From NCBI GenBank assembly GCA_035947815.1, contig DASZJU010000219.1, positions 1 to 57,578 on the forward strand: DNA of 57,578 nt, given 5' to 3'. Below the pieces are notes generated by a model. It ran no database searches. It had not been told where the DNA came from and saw only the letters and a list, made by a program, of their open reading frames with translations. The position numbers were made by a program, and so were the translations under genes. Shown piece after piece: positions 47,952 through 57,259 of this stretch. Within the stretch, counting starts at the first letter, position 1; each line of letters starts with the position of its first letter. The DNA comes from Reyranella sp. (lineage in GTDB: Bacteria; Pseudomonadota; Alphaproteobacteria; Reyranellales; Reyranellaceae).

Positions 47952-49274
47952 CTAGACGAAGCTGTAGCGTTCGGAATGGTACTTCGACATCGGCACGCCC
48001 ATCTCGCCGAGCGCTTTTTCGATAGCGTCCATCATCACGTTGGGTCCGCAGATGAAATACTCATGGTCGGCATAGGGCGGCGGTAGGTGTCGCTTGAATA
48101 CCGCGGCGCCGATGTAGCCCCGCTCGCCCGTCCAGCCGGCTGGCGGATCGCTCAGCACGTGGACGATCACGAGGTTCAGCCGCGCCTTCAGCGCCTCCAG
48201 CTCCTCGCGGAAGGTGATCGATTCCAAGTCCTTGCTTCCGTAGAGCAGGATCACCGGCCGCCTGTCGCCGCGATCGGCGAGCGTGCGGATCATGCTCATC
48301 ATCGGCGTGATGCCGATTCCGCCGGCGATCAGCACGTGCACGTCCGCCGGGTTGCCGATGGTGAACGCGCCGTACGGCCCGTCGAGATAGACGCGCTGTC
48401 CTGCTGGCACGTGTTCCATCGCGCTTGTGAAGTCGCCCAGGTTCCTGATCGTCATCTCGACCGTTCCGCCCGTGGCCTCGGCACTGGACGAGAACGAGAA
48501 CGGGTGCCCGGTGATCTTGAACGGGCTGCCCCACACCGTCAGCCAGCCGAACTGCCCGGGCGTGAAGCGGAAGCCCGCGTGGCCATCCGGTTGCATCACC
48601 AATGTCGAGGTGTCGCCGCGTTCCTTGCGCACCTGCGAAACGCGGTACGGCCGGCGCAGCATGAACAGCGGCTTGGCGATGCGCACGTAAAGCAACAGCG
48701 CTATCCAGAAGATCGTCAGGCCGATCCACAGCGCGCGTTTCCAGGGGTCAGGCAGGTAGAAGCCCGATGCCACCATGTGCGCCAGTCCCGCCGTGACGAC
48801 GACAATCGCCAGCACGATATGGCTGACGTGCCACGCCTCGTAGCTGATCTTCAATCGCGCGCGCCAAAGCGCCATCACCACCAGCGCGATCAGCGAGAAG
48901 ATCGACAGGACGGCGAAATAGGCGCTCAACGGCGCGCCGACGAAATTCGACGGCGCGCGTAATTCCGGCTGCACGGCGAACAGGAGGAGCGGGTGTGCAA
49001 CGATCAGGCCGACCGCCGTCAGCGAGATCTGTCGATGGAAGTGATAGATGACGTCCTCGCCCCACGGTTCCGTGACGTAGCGGAAGCGTGCGGTGAGGCC
49101 GAATTGCAGGCCCATCATCGCCAGCCCTGAATAGCCGATCGCGACCGCGAACTCCGTCCAGAAATCGCGCGCCGGCGGATGGGAGCCTGCCAGAAGCGCG
49201 AACAGCGGCGCCAGGATGAACAGCAGATAGACGATGATCCAAACCGCGCCGCGAACGCTGTAGAGAAGCTGCAT
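47952..49274 (-). CDS. Ferric reductase/NOX-like membrane flavocytochrome
   Basis: Six TM with His pairs (FHR..AH, SH..AH), HPFSFSS FAD motif, GGIGITP, ICGP. Confidence 0.9.
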   Translation of the reverse strand: MQLLYSVRGAVWIIVYLLFILAPLFALLAGSHPPARDFWTEFAVAIGYSGLAMMGLQFGLTARFRYVTEPWGEDVIYHFHRQISLTAVGLIVAHPLLLFAVQPELRAPSNFVGAPLSAYFAVLSIFSLIALVVMALWRARLKISYEAWHVSHIVLAIVVVTAGLAHMVASGFYLPDPWKRALWIGLTIFWIALLLYVRIAKPLFMLRRPYRVSQVRKERGDTSTLVMQPDGHAGFRFTPGQFGWLTVWGSPFKITGHPFSFSSSAEATGGTVEMTIRNLGDFTSAMEHVPAGQRVYLDGPYGAFTIGNPADVHVLIAGGIGITPMMSMIRTLADRGDRRPVILLYGSKDLESITFREELEALKARLNLVIVHVLSDPPAGWTGERGYIGAAVFKRHLPPPYADHEYFICGPNVMMDAIEKALGEMGVPMSKYHSERYSFV

Positions 49275-49558
49275 AGGCTGCTCCTGTCCCGCGATTATTT
49301 ACTCTGCATTGCCGGTGCTAGGGCTGTCCACGCCGCAAGGCGCCTCGGCTGTGTGTGCTGTGCTGGCATTTTGCTGGCATCGCACGCAAGTTCACCACAA
49401 CCCGTGGTGTCCTCGTGCGAATCTCGCTCCCTCTCCGGCGCAAGTATTCCTTGGCGCGGCGTGCCGACGGTTTGGTCTTGACAGAACTGAGCAATGTTGT
49501 GGCGTATGCCTGCCGAGACTTCACGACCAGAGGATCGGCGCATGTTCATCCGCTTTCC

Positions 49559-49600
49559 TGTCATCCTGAGCGCAGCGAAGGATCTAATCGCCGCTTGACA
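49559..49600. repeat. Truncated copy 3 of the TGTCATCC element
   Basis: TGTCATCCTGAGCGCAGCGAAGGATCTAATCGCCGCTTGACA matches the reverse complement of 21035-21076 with 2 mismatches; no second arm. Confidence 0.8.
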
Positions 49601-49836
49601 GCGGTGGTGTGCCCCAGCCGGCGACCAACGTTTCGGCCACCAACGCTTTTCACCAGCCAAAATGGGCTGCGCTAACTGCGCTAACCCTCTCCGCCGACGC
49701 TCGATCGCACCACGATGGGCTCAAGATGGAACAGCACCGCTCTCGCTCAAGCTGTTCAACATCGGTTGTCTTTGTTAAAGTTGAGGATCGACCGTGCGTT
49801 GCAGCGCAACAAAGAAGCGGGAGGAAACGCACCGTC

Positions 49837-50562
49837 ATGCCGGATCCAATGATCGCCTATTGCGGCCCGGCGCCCGTGCCGAGCGACATCTGGACGCGCT
49901 GGAATCTCGATCCGTTGCTGATGGCAATGCTCAGCATTCTGGCGCTCGTGGTCGCTCGCGGGCGCTCAGCCGACGTGCGGGCCGGCTGGGCGGCGATCGC
50001 GCTGATGATCTTGATCTTCGTCTCGCCGCTCTGCGCGCTGTCATCGGCACTGTTCTCGGCGCGGGTGCTGCACCATGTCCTTCTGGTTGCCGCCGTGGCG
50101 CCTCTCCTGGCGCTGGCTTTTCCGCTGCAGCGCGCGCCCTCGCTGCCACTTGCCGTGTTGATCGGGACAAGCGCCGTCATTCTCTGGCTATGGCACGCGC
50201 CGGGGCCTTATGCCTGGGGCCTCGCCAGCGTGCCGGCCTATTGCTTGATGCAGGTTTCGCTTCTGGGCAGCGCCTGGCTGATGTGGCGGGCGATCCTGGC
50301 GCCGGCGACGCCGTCCGGCGCGGCGCTGGTCGCCCTCGTCGCGACGATCGGGCAAATGGGCCTTCTCGGCGCGTTGATCGTCTTCGCGCCCGGGCCGCTC
50401 TATGTGGTGCATCTCGCCAGCACGGCGCCCTGGGGGCTGAGCCCGCTCGCCGACCAGCAGCTTGGCGGGCTGTTGATGTGGGTGCCGGCGAGCCTGCCCT
50501 ATCTCGGGGTGGGACTCTGGCTTGCCTGGTCCAGCCTGCGGCCCAGCGAGCCGGCCCTGTGA
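49837..50562 (+). CDS. ctaG: Caa3-type CtaG cytochrome c oxidase assembly protein
   Basis: WNLDP, SPLCALSSALFSARVLHH, WLWHAP, DQQLGGLLMWVP. Confidence 0.85.
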   Translation: MPDPMIAYCGPAPVPSDIWTRWNLDPLLMAMLSILALVVARGRSADVRAGWAAIALMILIFVSPLCALSSALFSARVLHHVLLVAAVAPLLALAFPLQRAPSLPLAVLIGTSAVILWLWHAPGPYAWGLASVPAYCLMQVSLLGSAWLMWRAILAPATPSGAALVALVATIGQMGLLGALIVFAPGPLYVVHLASTAPWGLSPLADQQLGGLLMWVPASLPYLGVGLWLAWSSLRPSEPAL

Positions 50563-51059
50563 CGGTCTTCCTGAAATTCGTCCATCTGGCCGCGATCGCG
50601 GTCTGGTCGGGCGGGCTGCTCGTCCTGCCCTTCCTGTTCTGGCAGCGCGCGACGCTCGCGGAGGGTCTGGATCTCGACCGCCTGCACCGCATGACCCGCT
50701 TCGTCTATGTCGGGATGACCTCGCCCGCCGCCGTGGTCGCCATCGGCAGCGGCACGGCGCTGATCTTCCTCCAGGCCACCTTCCAGGAGTGGTTTTCCCT
50801 GAAGATGGTCCTCGTCGTCGCCATGGTGATGCTGCACGTGGTTGCCGGACTTGTCCTCGGGCATTTGTTCCTGCCCAACGGCCGCTTTGGCCTGCTCGCG
50901 CACGTCGCGCTGACGAGCGCCTATCTCGTGCTGATGAGCGCGATCATCTGGATCGTGCTGGCCAAGCCGCACATCGACTCGACCCAGTTCGCCCCCGGCC
51001 TGTTCGAGCCCGGCAAGCTGCGTCAGTTCTTTTCAGACACCAGAACGCCGACGCCATGA
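50559..51059 (+). CDS. CopD/HemJ-family membrane protein
   Basis: LKFVHL..WSGGLLVLP, TSPAAV, WFSLKMVLV..LH; GTG start overlaps the ctaG stop. Confidence 0.75.
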   Translation: MTVFLKFVHLAAIAVWSGGLLVLPFLFWQRATLAEGLDLDRLHRMTRFVYVGMTSPAAVVAIGSGTALIFLQATFQEWFSLKMVLVVAMVMLHVVAGLVLGHLFLPNGRFGLLAHVALTSAYLVLMSAIIWIVLAKPHIDSTQFAPGLFEPGKLRQFFSDTRTPTP

Positions 51060-51535
51060 TCGAACACGAGCTTGCCTCCATGCCAGCCGGCAAAGCCCGT
51101 TATCACCGAGGCGAGTCCCGACAGGGCGAGGCCGTGCGTCAGGACTTCGCCGGGATCGATCAGGCGCAGGCCCCAGTTCGCGCCTGCGATCGCGACCAGC
51201 GTCATCGCCGCCACGGCATGGGACCAGCTTGCCTCGAGAACCCGGATGCCGCGCACGAGCAGGAGCTCGGCAATGCCGACGACGCTCGCGCCGACGCCGG
51301 TCCAGAAGGCGATGCCGGCCGACCACAGGCCGACCCGCACCCAGAACGCATCGCCCGACCACCAGTAGAAGATGTCGACGCCCAAGGTTGCGATCACGAA
51401 GGCGATCGGGAAATGCACCATCATCACGTGGATCGGATGGCCGACCAGGGCGACCACCGAGCCGACATCGAGCCGCTGCAGCTCGAGCACGACCGGACTC
51501 TGCGACGGGCTCGCGGGATCGCCTTGCTTCGCCAT
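51023..51535 (-). CDS. DUF2231 membrane protein
   Basis: GHPIHVMMVHFPIA, H in a later TM, GWHGGKLVFDHGVG. Confidence 0.85.
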   Translation of the reverse strand: MAKQGDPASPSQSPVVLELQRLDVGSVVALVGHPIHVMMVHFPIAFVIATLGVDIFYWWSGDAFWVRVGLWSAGIAFWTGVGASVVGIAELLLVRGIRVLEASWSHAVAAMTLVAIAGANWGLRLIDPGEVLTHGLALSGLASVITGFAGWHGGKLVFDHGVGVLVSEKN

Positions 51536-51556
51536 GGTCCTCGTCCTTCGAGTCGC

Positions 51557-52264
51557 ATGCATCCTTCGAGCCGCAATCGTAGCGTCTTGGCGCTGGCGGT
51601 CCAACCCGGATTGGCCGCGGCGCTGGCCGGCTGCAGCGGACCGGGCTCAACGCTCGACCCCGCCGGGCCGTCGGCGTCTTCGATCGCAACCCTGTGGTGG
51701 GTGATGCTGGCCGGCTCCGCCGTGCTCTTCGCGCTGGTCATGGTCTTCTTCGTGCTGGTGATCCGCCGTCCGGGCTGGGGGTCTCGCGTGTCGCCGGCGC
51801 GCTGGATCGTGCTCGGCGGCCTCGTTCTGCCGGCCGTCGTTCTGCCGCCACTCGTCGCCTATGGGCTGGTCGCCGGCGAGCGTCTGCTGCCGCTGATGGG
51901 AAACGCACCGCCCAGGATCGAAGCCGAGGGACGGCAATGGCTCTGGACCTTCCGCTATCCCGACCATGGCGGCGTTTTAACCAGGAACGTCCTGCACCTG
52001 CCCGCGGGCGTTCCCGTCGACATAGTGGTCACCAGCGCGGACGTCATCCATTCCTTCTGGGTGCCGCGGCTGGCCGGCAAGATCGACGCCGTGCCGGGGC
52101 ATGCGAACCTGCTGCGCATCCAGGCTGACGAACCGGGCCGCTATGACGGGCGTTGCTCGGAGTTCTGCGGCCTCGGCCACACCCGGATGCGGTTCGCCGT
52201 CGTCGTCCATCGGGCAGAGGACTTCGCCGCCGCGCTGGCGCAGGCCGCGAAGGAGCAACAATGA
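51557..52264 (+). CDS. coxB: Cytochrome c oxidase subunit II
   Basis: LAGC lipobox, QWLWTFRY, DVIHSFWVP, CSEFCGLGHTRM CuA motif; start uncertain. Confidence 0.93.
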   Translation: MHPSSRNRSVLALAVQPGLAAALAGCSGPGSTLDPAGPSASSIATLWWVMLAGSAVLFALVMVFFVLVIRRPGWGSRVSPARWIVLGGLVLPAVVLPPLVAYGLVAGERLLPLMGNAPPRIEAEGRQWLWTFRYPDHGGVLTRNVLHLPAGVPVDIVVTSADVIHSFWVPRLAGKIDAVPGHANLLRIQADEPGRYDGRCSEFCGLGHTRMRFAVVVHRAEDFAAALAQAAKEQQ

Positions 52265-54765
52265 GCGCGCTCCGGCTGCACCGCGAGCTCGCCGCGATCT
52301 GGGCCACCGGGCCCGGCCTGCAGCGCCTCGCCGCCGTCAACCATTCCGTCATCGGCCTGCGCTTCATGGCCACGGCGTTCGTGTTCTTTGCGGTGGGCGG
52401 CGTGCTCGGCATGTTGACCCGCGTCCAGCTCGCCACGCCCGACTCCGACTTCATGGATCCGGAGACCTACAACCAGGTCTTCACCGTGCACGGGTCGATG
52501 ATGTTGTTCCTGTTCGCCATCCCGATGATCGAGGGCGTGGCGGTCTATCTCACGCCGAAGATCCTCGGCACCCGCGATTTCGCCTTCCCGCGGCTCACCG
52601 CCTATGGCTACTGGTGCTACCTGTTCGGCGGCACGATCCTGACCCTCTCGCTGGTCTTCGGGGTTGCGCCCAACGGCGGCTGGTTCATGTACACGCCGCT
52701 CAGCTCGAACGTCTACACGCCGGGCATCAACGCCGACGTCTGGCTGCTCGGGGTGACGTTCGTCGAGATCTCGGCGCTGACACTGGCCGTCGAGATTGTC
52801 GTCTCGATCCTCAAGATGCGCGCGCCGGGCATGGCGCTCGATCGCATGCCGATCTTCGGCTGGTACATGCTGGTCACCGCGCTGATGATGGTGGTGGCCT
52901 TTCCGCCGCTGATCCTGGGCTCGATCCTGCTCGAAACCGAGCGCGCCTTCGGCCTGCCGTTCTTCGACCCGAAACGGGGTGGCGATGCGTTGCTCTGGCA
53001 GCACCTGTTCTGGCTGTTCGGTCACCCCGACGTCTACATCATCTTCCTGCCGATGGCCGGAGCCCTGTCGACGATCATCCCGGTCTTCGCCAACCGGCGC
53101 CTTGTCGGCTACCGGGCGATCGTCGTGGCGATCATTGCGCTCGCCTTCGTGAGCTTCGGCATCTGGGTACACCACATGTTCACCGTGGGCATCCCTCATC
53201 TTGCCCTCGCCTTCTTCTCTGCCGGCTCGGCGATTGTCGCCGTGCCGACGGCCGTGCAGATCTTTGCCTGGCTCGCCACCCTGGCGCATGGCCGGCCGCG
53301 CTGGGACGTGCCGATGCTCTACGTCTTCGGCTTCTTCTTCATCTTCGCGCTCGGCGGCCTGACCGGCGTCATGCTCGCCATCGTGCCGTTCAACTGGCAG
53401 GCGCATGACAGCTATTTCGTTGTCGCCCACTTTCACTACGTCGTGGCCGGCGCGCTCGCCTTCCCCATGCTGGCGGCGTTCTACTACTGGCTGCCGTTGC
53501 TGACCGGACGCACAGCGGTGCACCGGCTGGCGGTGCCCGCCTTCTGGCTGGTCTTCATCGGCTTCAACCTGACCTTCTTCATGATGCACCTGGTCGGCCT
53601 GCTCGGCATGCCGCGGCGCATCTACACCTATCCGGCCGACGTCGGCTGGAACTGGCTCAACCTTTTGTCCTCGGTGGGCGGGTTCATCATGACGATCGGC
53701 TTCGGGCTGGTGGTGATCGACGTCCTGGCGCAGTTCCGCTACGGCCGTCGGGTGCGGCGCGATCCGTGGCGGGCAACGACATTCGAATGGGCCATGCCGA
53801 TCCCGCCGGCGCCCTATGCCTTCGCCTCGCTGCCGCAGGTCGGGACCCCGGCCGACGACACCGAAGCGGGCGAGCGCGCCCTGTCGCTGGCGCGGGGCGA
53901 GGGTTATCTCGGTTTCGCGCGCAACGGCTGGCAGGAAACGCTGGGCGTGCATATGACATCCGGCGCGCCCGAGCAGCTGATCGTGCTGCCGCGCCCGACC
54001 TACCTGCCGCTCTGCACGGCGCTCGCCACTGCCACGGCGGTGCTGGCGATGCTGTTCCACTTCTACGCGCTGACGCTCGCCGCGGCCCTGTTGACCGTGG
54101 GCCTGTTCGTGGTGGCCGGGCAGAGCGCCGGGCTCGCGCGCGACTACGGTCCACTGCCCGTCGGCCACGGCGTGAGCGTGCCGCCCCATACCGAGGTGGC
54201 CGGCGCGCCGCCGTGGTGGGCGCTGATTTTCACGCTGGTCGCCGACGGTACCCTGTTCGCGTCCCTGGTGTTCGGAACCTTCTACCTCTGGATCGCCGCG
54301 CCGAACTGGCCGGCGGCGGTGACGCCCGCGCCGGACCTCAAACTCGCCCTTGCAGCCATCGTGGCCCTCGCCGTCGCCGCGGCGGCGGCGCGCGGATCGC
54401 TGCGAGCGCTCGCCGCCGGCGGATCGGCGCGCGGCTGGATCGGCCTGGCCATACTGGCACTCCTCGCCGCCATTGCAGCCTGCGTGGCCCTCATCGGCGG
54501 CGTCACCCCGCCTCCGCACGAACATGCGCTTGGCGCGACCGCCGCCGCGCTGCTCTTCTATGTTGCCGTGCACGCGGGCATCGGCCTTCTTTTCCTCGTC
54601 AGCAACCTCCTGCGCCTCGGCGCCGGCCTGGTCTCGCCGCTGCGGTCGCTGGACCTGCGCCTGACCCGGCTCTGGCTCGACTACACCGCGATGGCGGCCG
54701 TCATCGCGCTCGGTCTCGTCCTGGCGCTGCCCTTCCTGGTGGCGATGCTGGGCGCGCGGCCGTGA
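52261..54765 (+). CDS. ctaD: Cytochrome c oxidase subunit I fused to a subunit III-like C-terminal domain
   Basis: TVHG, WLFGHPDVY, WVHHM, AHFHYV, GMPRR; ~834 aa with extra C-terminal TMs. Confidence 0.92.
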   Translation: MSALRLHRELAAIWATGPGLQRLAAVNHSVIGLRFMATAFVFFAVGGVLGMLTRVQLATPDSDFMDPETYNQVFTVHGSMMLFLFAIPMIEGVAVYLTPKILGTRDFAFPRLTAYGYWCYLFGGTILTLSLVFGVAPNGGWFMYTPLSSNVYTPGINADVWLLGVTFVEISALTLAVEIVVSILKMRAPGMALDRMPIFGWYMLVTALMMVVAFPPLILGSILLETERAFGLPFFDPKRGGDALLWQHLFWLFGHPDVYIIFLPMAGALSTIIPVFANRRLVGYRAIVVAIIALAFVSFGIWVHHMFTVGIPHLALAFFSAGSAIVAVPTAVQIFAWLATLAHGRPRWDVPMLYVFGFFFIFALGGLTGVMLAIVPFNWQAHDSYFVVAHFHYVVAGALAFPMLAAFYYWLPLLTGRTAVHRLAVPAFWLVFIGFNLTFFMMHLVGLLGMPRRIYTYPADVGWNWLNLLSSVGGFIMTIGFGLVVIDVLAQFRYGRRVRRDPWRATTFEWAMPIPPAPYAFASLPQVGTPADDTEAGERALSLARGEGYLGFARNGWQETLGVHMTSGAPEQLIVLPRPTYLPLCTALATATAVLAMLFHFYALTLAAALLTVGLFVVAGQSAGLARDYGPLPVGHGVSVPPHTEVAGAPPWWALIFTLVADGTLFASLVFGTFYLWIAAPNWPAAVTPAPDLKLALAAIVALAVAAAAARGSLRALAAGGSARGWIGLAILALLAAIAACVALIGGVTPPPHEHALGATAAALLFYVAVHAGIGLLFLVSNLLRLGAGLVSPLRSLDLRLTRLWLDYTAMAAVIALGLVLALPFLVAMLGARP

Positions 54766-55100
54766 GCACGCCTCCTGTTCCGCCCCGGCGCCTCTGGTGG
54801 CTCTTAGCGGGCTTCGGTGTCTGGTGCAGCGCGCTGGTTTTTCTCTACGCCGTCCACGCCATCGGGTGTGCTTTTGCCTGGCCGGCCGGCGCGCTGCGCC
54901 TGGCCCTTGCCCTCGTGCTGCTGGTTCATCTGATCGTGACCGGCTGGATGTGGCGCGATCACTGGGCCGCTAGCCCGGACCCCGGCTTCGATCCGACCGG
55001 CACGTTCCTCCACACGGTGATCGTCTGGACCCTGATCGCCGCCCTCGTAACCATCGTCCTCACCCTTGGCCCAGCACTTGCGCTCGCCACGTGCGTCTGA
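54762..55100 (+). CDS. Small 3-TM membrane protein, possible oxidase accessory subunit
   Basis: GTG overlaps the ctaD stop; LLAGFGVWCSALVFLYAVHAIGC. Confidence 0.7.
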   Translation: MSTPPVPPRRLWWLLAGFGVWCSALVFLYAVHAIGCAFAWPAGALRLALALVLLVHLIVTGWMWRDHWAASPDPGFDPTGTFLHTVIVWTLIAALVTIVLTLGPALALATCV

Positions 55101-55108
55101 TCGTGAGA

Positions 55109-56152
55109 TCAGAACGACCAGCCAACCGGCGTGTCCGGGTGAAAGACCACGACGCTCTTGTTGCCTCCCGGAACGTCGATGCGTTCGGGCGCCTGCAAAG
55201 GCGCCGCACGCAACGTGATGCGCTCCTCGTTCGCGGGAAGGCCGTAGAAGCGCGGGCCGTTCAGCGAGGCGAAGGCTTCGAGACGGTCGAGGGCATCCTC
55301 TTCGGCGAAGACCTGGGCATAGACCTGCATCGCCACCGGCGCGTTAAAAATACCGGCGCAGCCGCAGGCGCATTCCTTGGTGTCGGCGGTATGCGGCGCA
55401 GTGTCGGTGCCCAGGAAGAACTGCGGCTGGCCCGAGGTCGCGGCGCGACGCAGCACCAGCCGGTGCTCCTCGCTCTTGGCGATGGGCAGGCAATAGAGGT
55501 GCGGACGAATGCCGCCCTTGAAGATCGCGTTGCGATTGTACGACAGATGATGCGGCGTGATGGTACCGCCGACCCGGGGCCCGCTCGCCTCGACGAAGGC
55601 CACGCCCTCCTTCGTGGTGATGTGCTCGAGCACGATTTTCAGTCCTTGGTGGCGCTTGAGCAGCGGCGCCAGCACCTTGTCCAGAAACACCGATTCGCGG
55701 TCGAAGATGTCGACCTCGGCATCGGTCACTTCGCCATGGACGAGCAGCGGCATGCCGGCACTCTCCATCGCCTCCAGCCCGCGGGCGATGCGGTCCATCG
55801 AGGTGACGCCGTGCGCAGAGTTGGTCGTGGCGTGTGCCGGATAGAGCTTGGCTGCCACCCACACGCCTTCCTGTTTGCCGCGCAAAAGCTCGGCCGGGTC
55901 GGCGTCGTCGGTCAGGTAGCAGGTCATCAGCGGCTCGAATTTGAGTCCGGCCGGAACCGCTCTGCGGATTCGGTCGCGGTACGAAGCCGCCTCCGCCACC
56001 CGGGTCACCGGCGGTACGAGGTTGGGCATGATGATGGCGCGGGCGAACTGGCGGGCGGTGTGCACCGCGCAGGCATTCAGCATCGGTCCGTCGCGCAAAT
56101 GGACGTGCCAGTCGTCGGGCCGGCGGATCGTGATCGAGCTCGGTATAGCCAT
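55109..56152 (-). CDS. pyrC: Dihydroorotase (type II)
   Basis: RPDDWHVHLRDG, MPNLVPP, KLYPAHATTNS, HGEVT, LEHITT, GTDTAPH. Confidence 0.96.
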   Translation of the reverse strand: MAIPSSITIRRPDDWHVHLRDGPMLNACAVHTARQFARAIIMPNLVPPVTRVAEAASYRDRIRRAVPAGLKFEPLMTCYLTDDADPAELLRGKQEGVWVAAKLYPAHATTNSAHGVTSMDRIARGLEAMESAGMPLLVHGEVTDAEVDIFDRESVFLDKVLAPLLKRHQGLKIVLEHITTKEGVAFVEASGPRVGGTITPHHLSYNRNAIFKGGIRPHLYCLPIAKSEEHRLVLRRAATSGQPQFFLGTDTAPHTADTKECACGCAGIFNAPVAMQVYAQVFAEEDALDRLEAFASLNGPRFYGLPANEERITLRAAPLQAPERIDVPGGNKSVVVFHPDTPVGWSF

Positions 56153-56203
56153 GACGCGTTTTCTACGCTTGCTCCCGGGCGGGCTCCAATGTTGATTGCG
56201 GGC

Positions 56204-57259
56204 ATGAATGACCTTCAAGACGCGATCGCCTTCGCCAAGTCAGTTGAATCCAAATGGCCCGGAAGCATGAAAATGCCGGACGGCCAGTTCGTGATGACCT
56301 ACGATTCGGGCGAGAAAGCCCCTGACAACGAGGTGCTGGGCCCGGTGACGCCACGCGGCGGCCATGCCGGCATCGTCTATCGCGGCGGCAAGATTCTGGC
56401 CGAATGGGGCGACGTCACCCGCGCCGACATGACCTTCAGCGTCGCCAAGAGCTACCTCGCCTTGCTCGCGGGCCTGGCGCTGGGCGACGGCCTCATCAAA
56501 AGCCTCGACGACAAGGCCGCCGACTATGCGCTCGATGACGGCTTCAAGTGCGCGCAGAACAAGGACATCACCTGGCGTCATCTGCTGACGCAGACCAGCG
56601 AATGGCAAGGCACGATGTTCGGCAAGGAAGACCGCATCGACCACAATCGGGTGGTCGGGCTCGCCGTCGCCGAGGCGCCCAAGGGCACGCGGCGCCAGCT
56701 CAGGCAGCCCGGCAGCTTCTACGAATACAACGACGTGCGGGTGAACCGGCTCAGCTACTCCCTGCTGCAGCTCTTCAAGGAGCCGCTGCCGTCGGTGCTG
56801 AAGCGCCGCATCATGGATCCAATCGGCGCCTCGTCGGACTGGAAGTGGAACGGCTATCGCAACTCGACCGTCACTGTCGACGGCAAAGAGATGATCTCCG
56901 TGCCGGGTGGCGGCCATTGGGGCGGCGGCATCGTGATCTCGGCGCGCGATCTCGCGCTGATGGGCGTGCTGGTCGCGCAAGGCGGCGTCTGGGAGGGCAA
57001 GCTGATCCTGCCCAGGGGCTGGACCGACGAGCTGGTGAAGCCCTGCCCGGTGGCGCCGTTCTACGGGCTGATGTGGTGGCTCAACACCGACAAGCGGCAG
57101 TTCGCGGCGGCGTCGGAAAAAAGCTACTTCGCGCTGGGTTGGGGCAGCCACATCGTGTGGATCGACCCCGACAACGATCTCGTCACGGTGCTGCGCTGGA
57201 TCGACCGCAAGCAAGCGCCTGGTTTCGTCCAACGCCTGCTGGGTGCGATCAACAAATGA
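56204..57259 (+). CDS. Serine hydrolase, beta-lactamase-like family
   Basis: C-terminal part of the 722-aa track ORF: FSVAKS (SxxK), HLLTQTS, YEYND, YGLMWW. Confidence 0.88.
   Translation: MNDLQDAIAFAKSVESKWPGSMKMPDGQFVMTYDSGEKAPDNEVLGPVTPRGGHAGIVYRGGKILAEWGDVTRADMTFSVAKSYLALLAGLALGDGLIKSLDDKAADYALDDGFKCAQNKDITWRHLLTQTSEWQGTMFGKEDRIDHNRVVGLAVAEAPKGTRRQLRQPGSFYEYNDVRVNRLSYSLLQLFKEPLPSVLKRRIMDPIGASSDWKWNGYRNSTVTVDGKEMISVPGGGHWGGGIVISARDLALMGVLVAQGGVWEGKLILPRGWTDELVKPCPVAPFYGLMWWLNTDKRQFAAASEKSYFALGWGSHIVWIDPDNDLVTVLRWIDRKQAPGFVQRLLGAINK

Noticed and set aside
49280-49830. RegA, FNR or ECF-sigma sites in the reductase-ctaG intergenic region
   Set aside because: Only partial matches with wrong spacing; not distinguishable from chance by eye
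56204-57259. Beta-lactam resistance gene
   Set aside because: No signal peptide, and the motifs fit the broad serine-hydrolase/esterase branch rather than class A or C beta-lactamases
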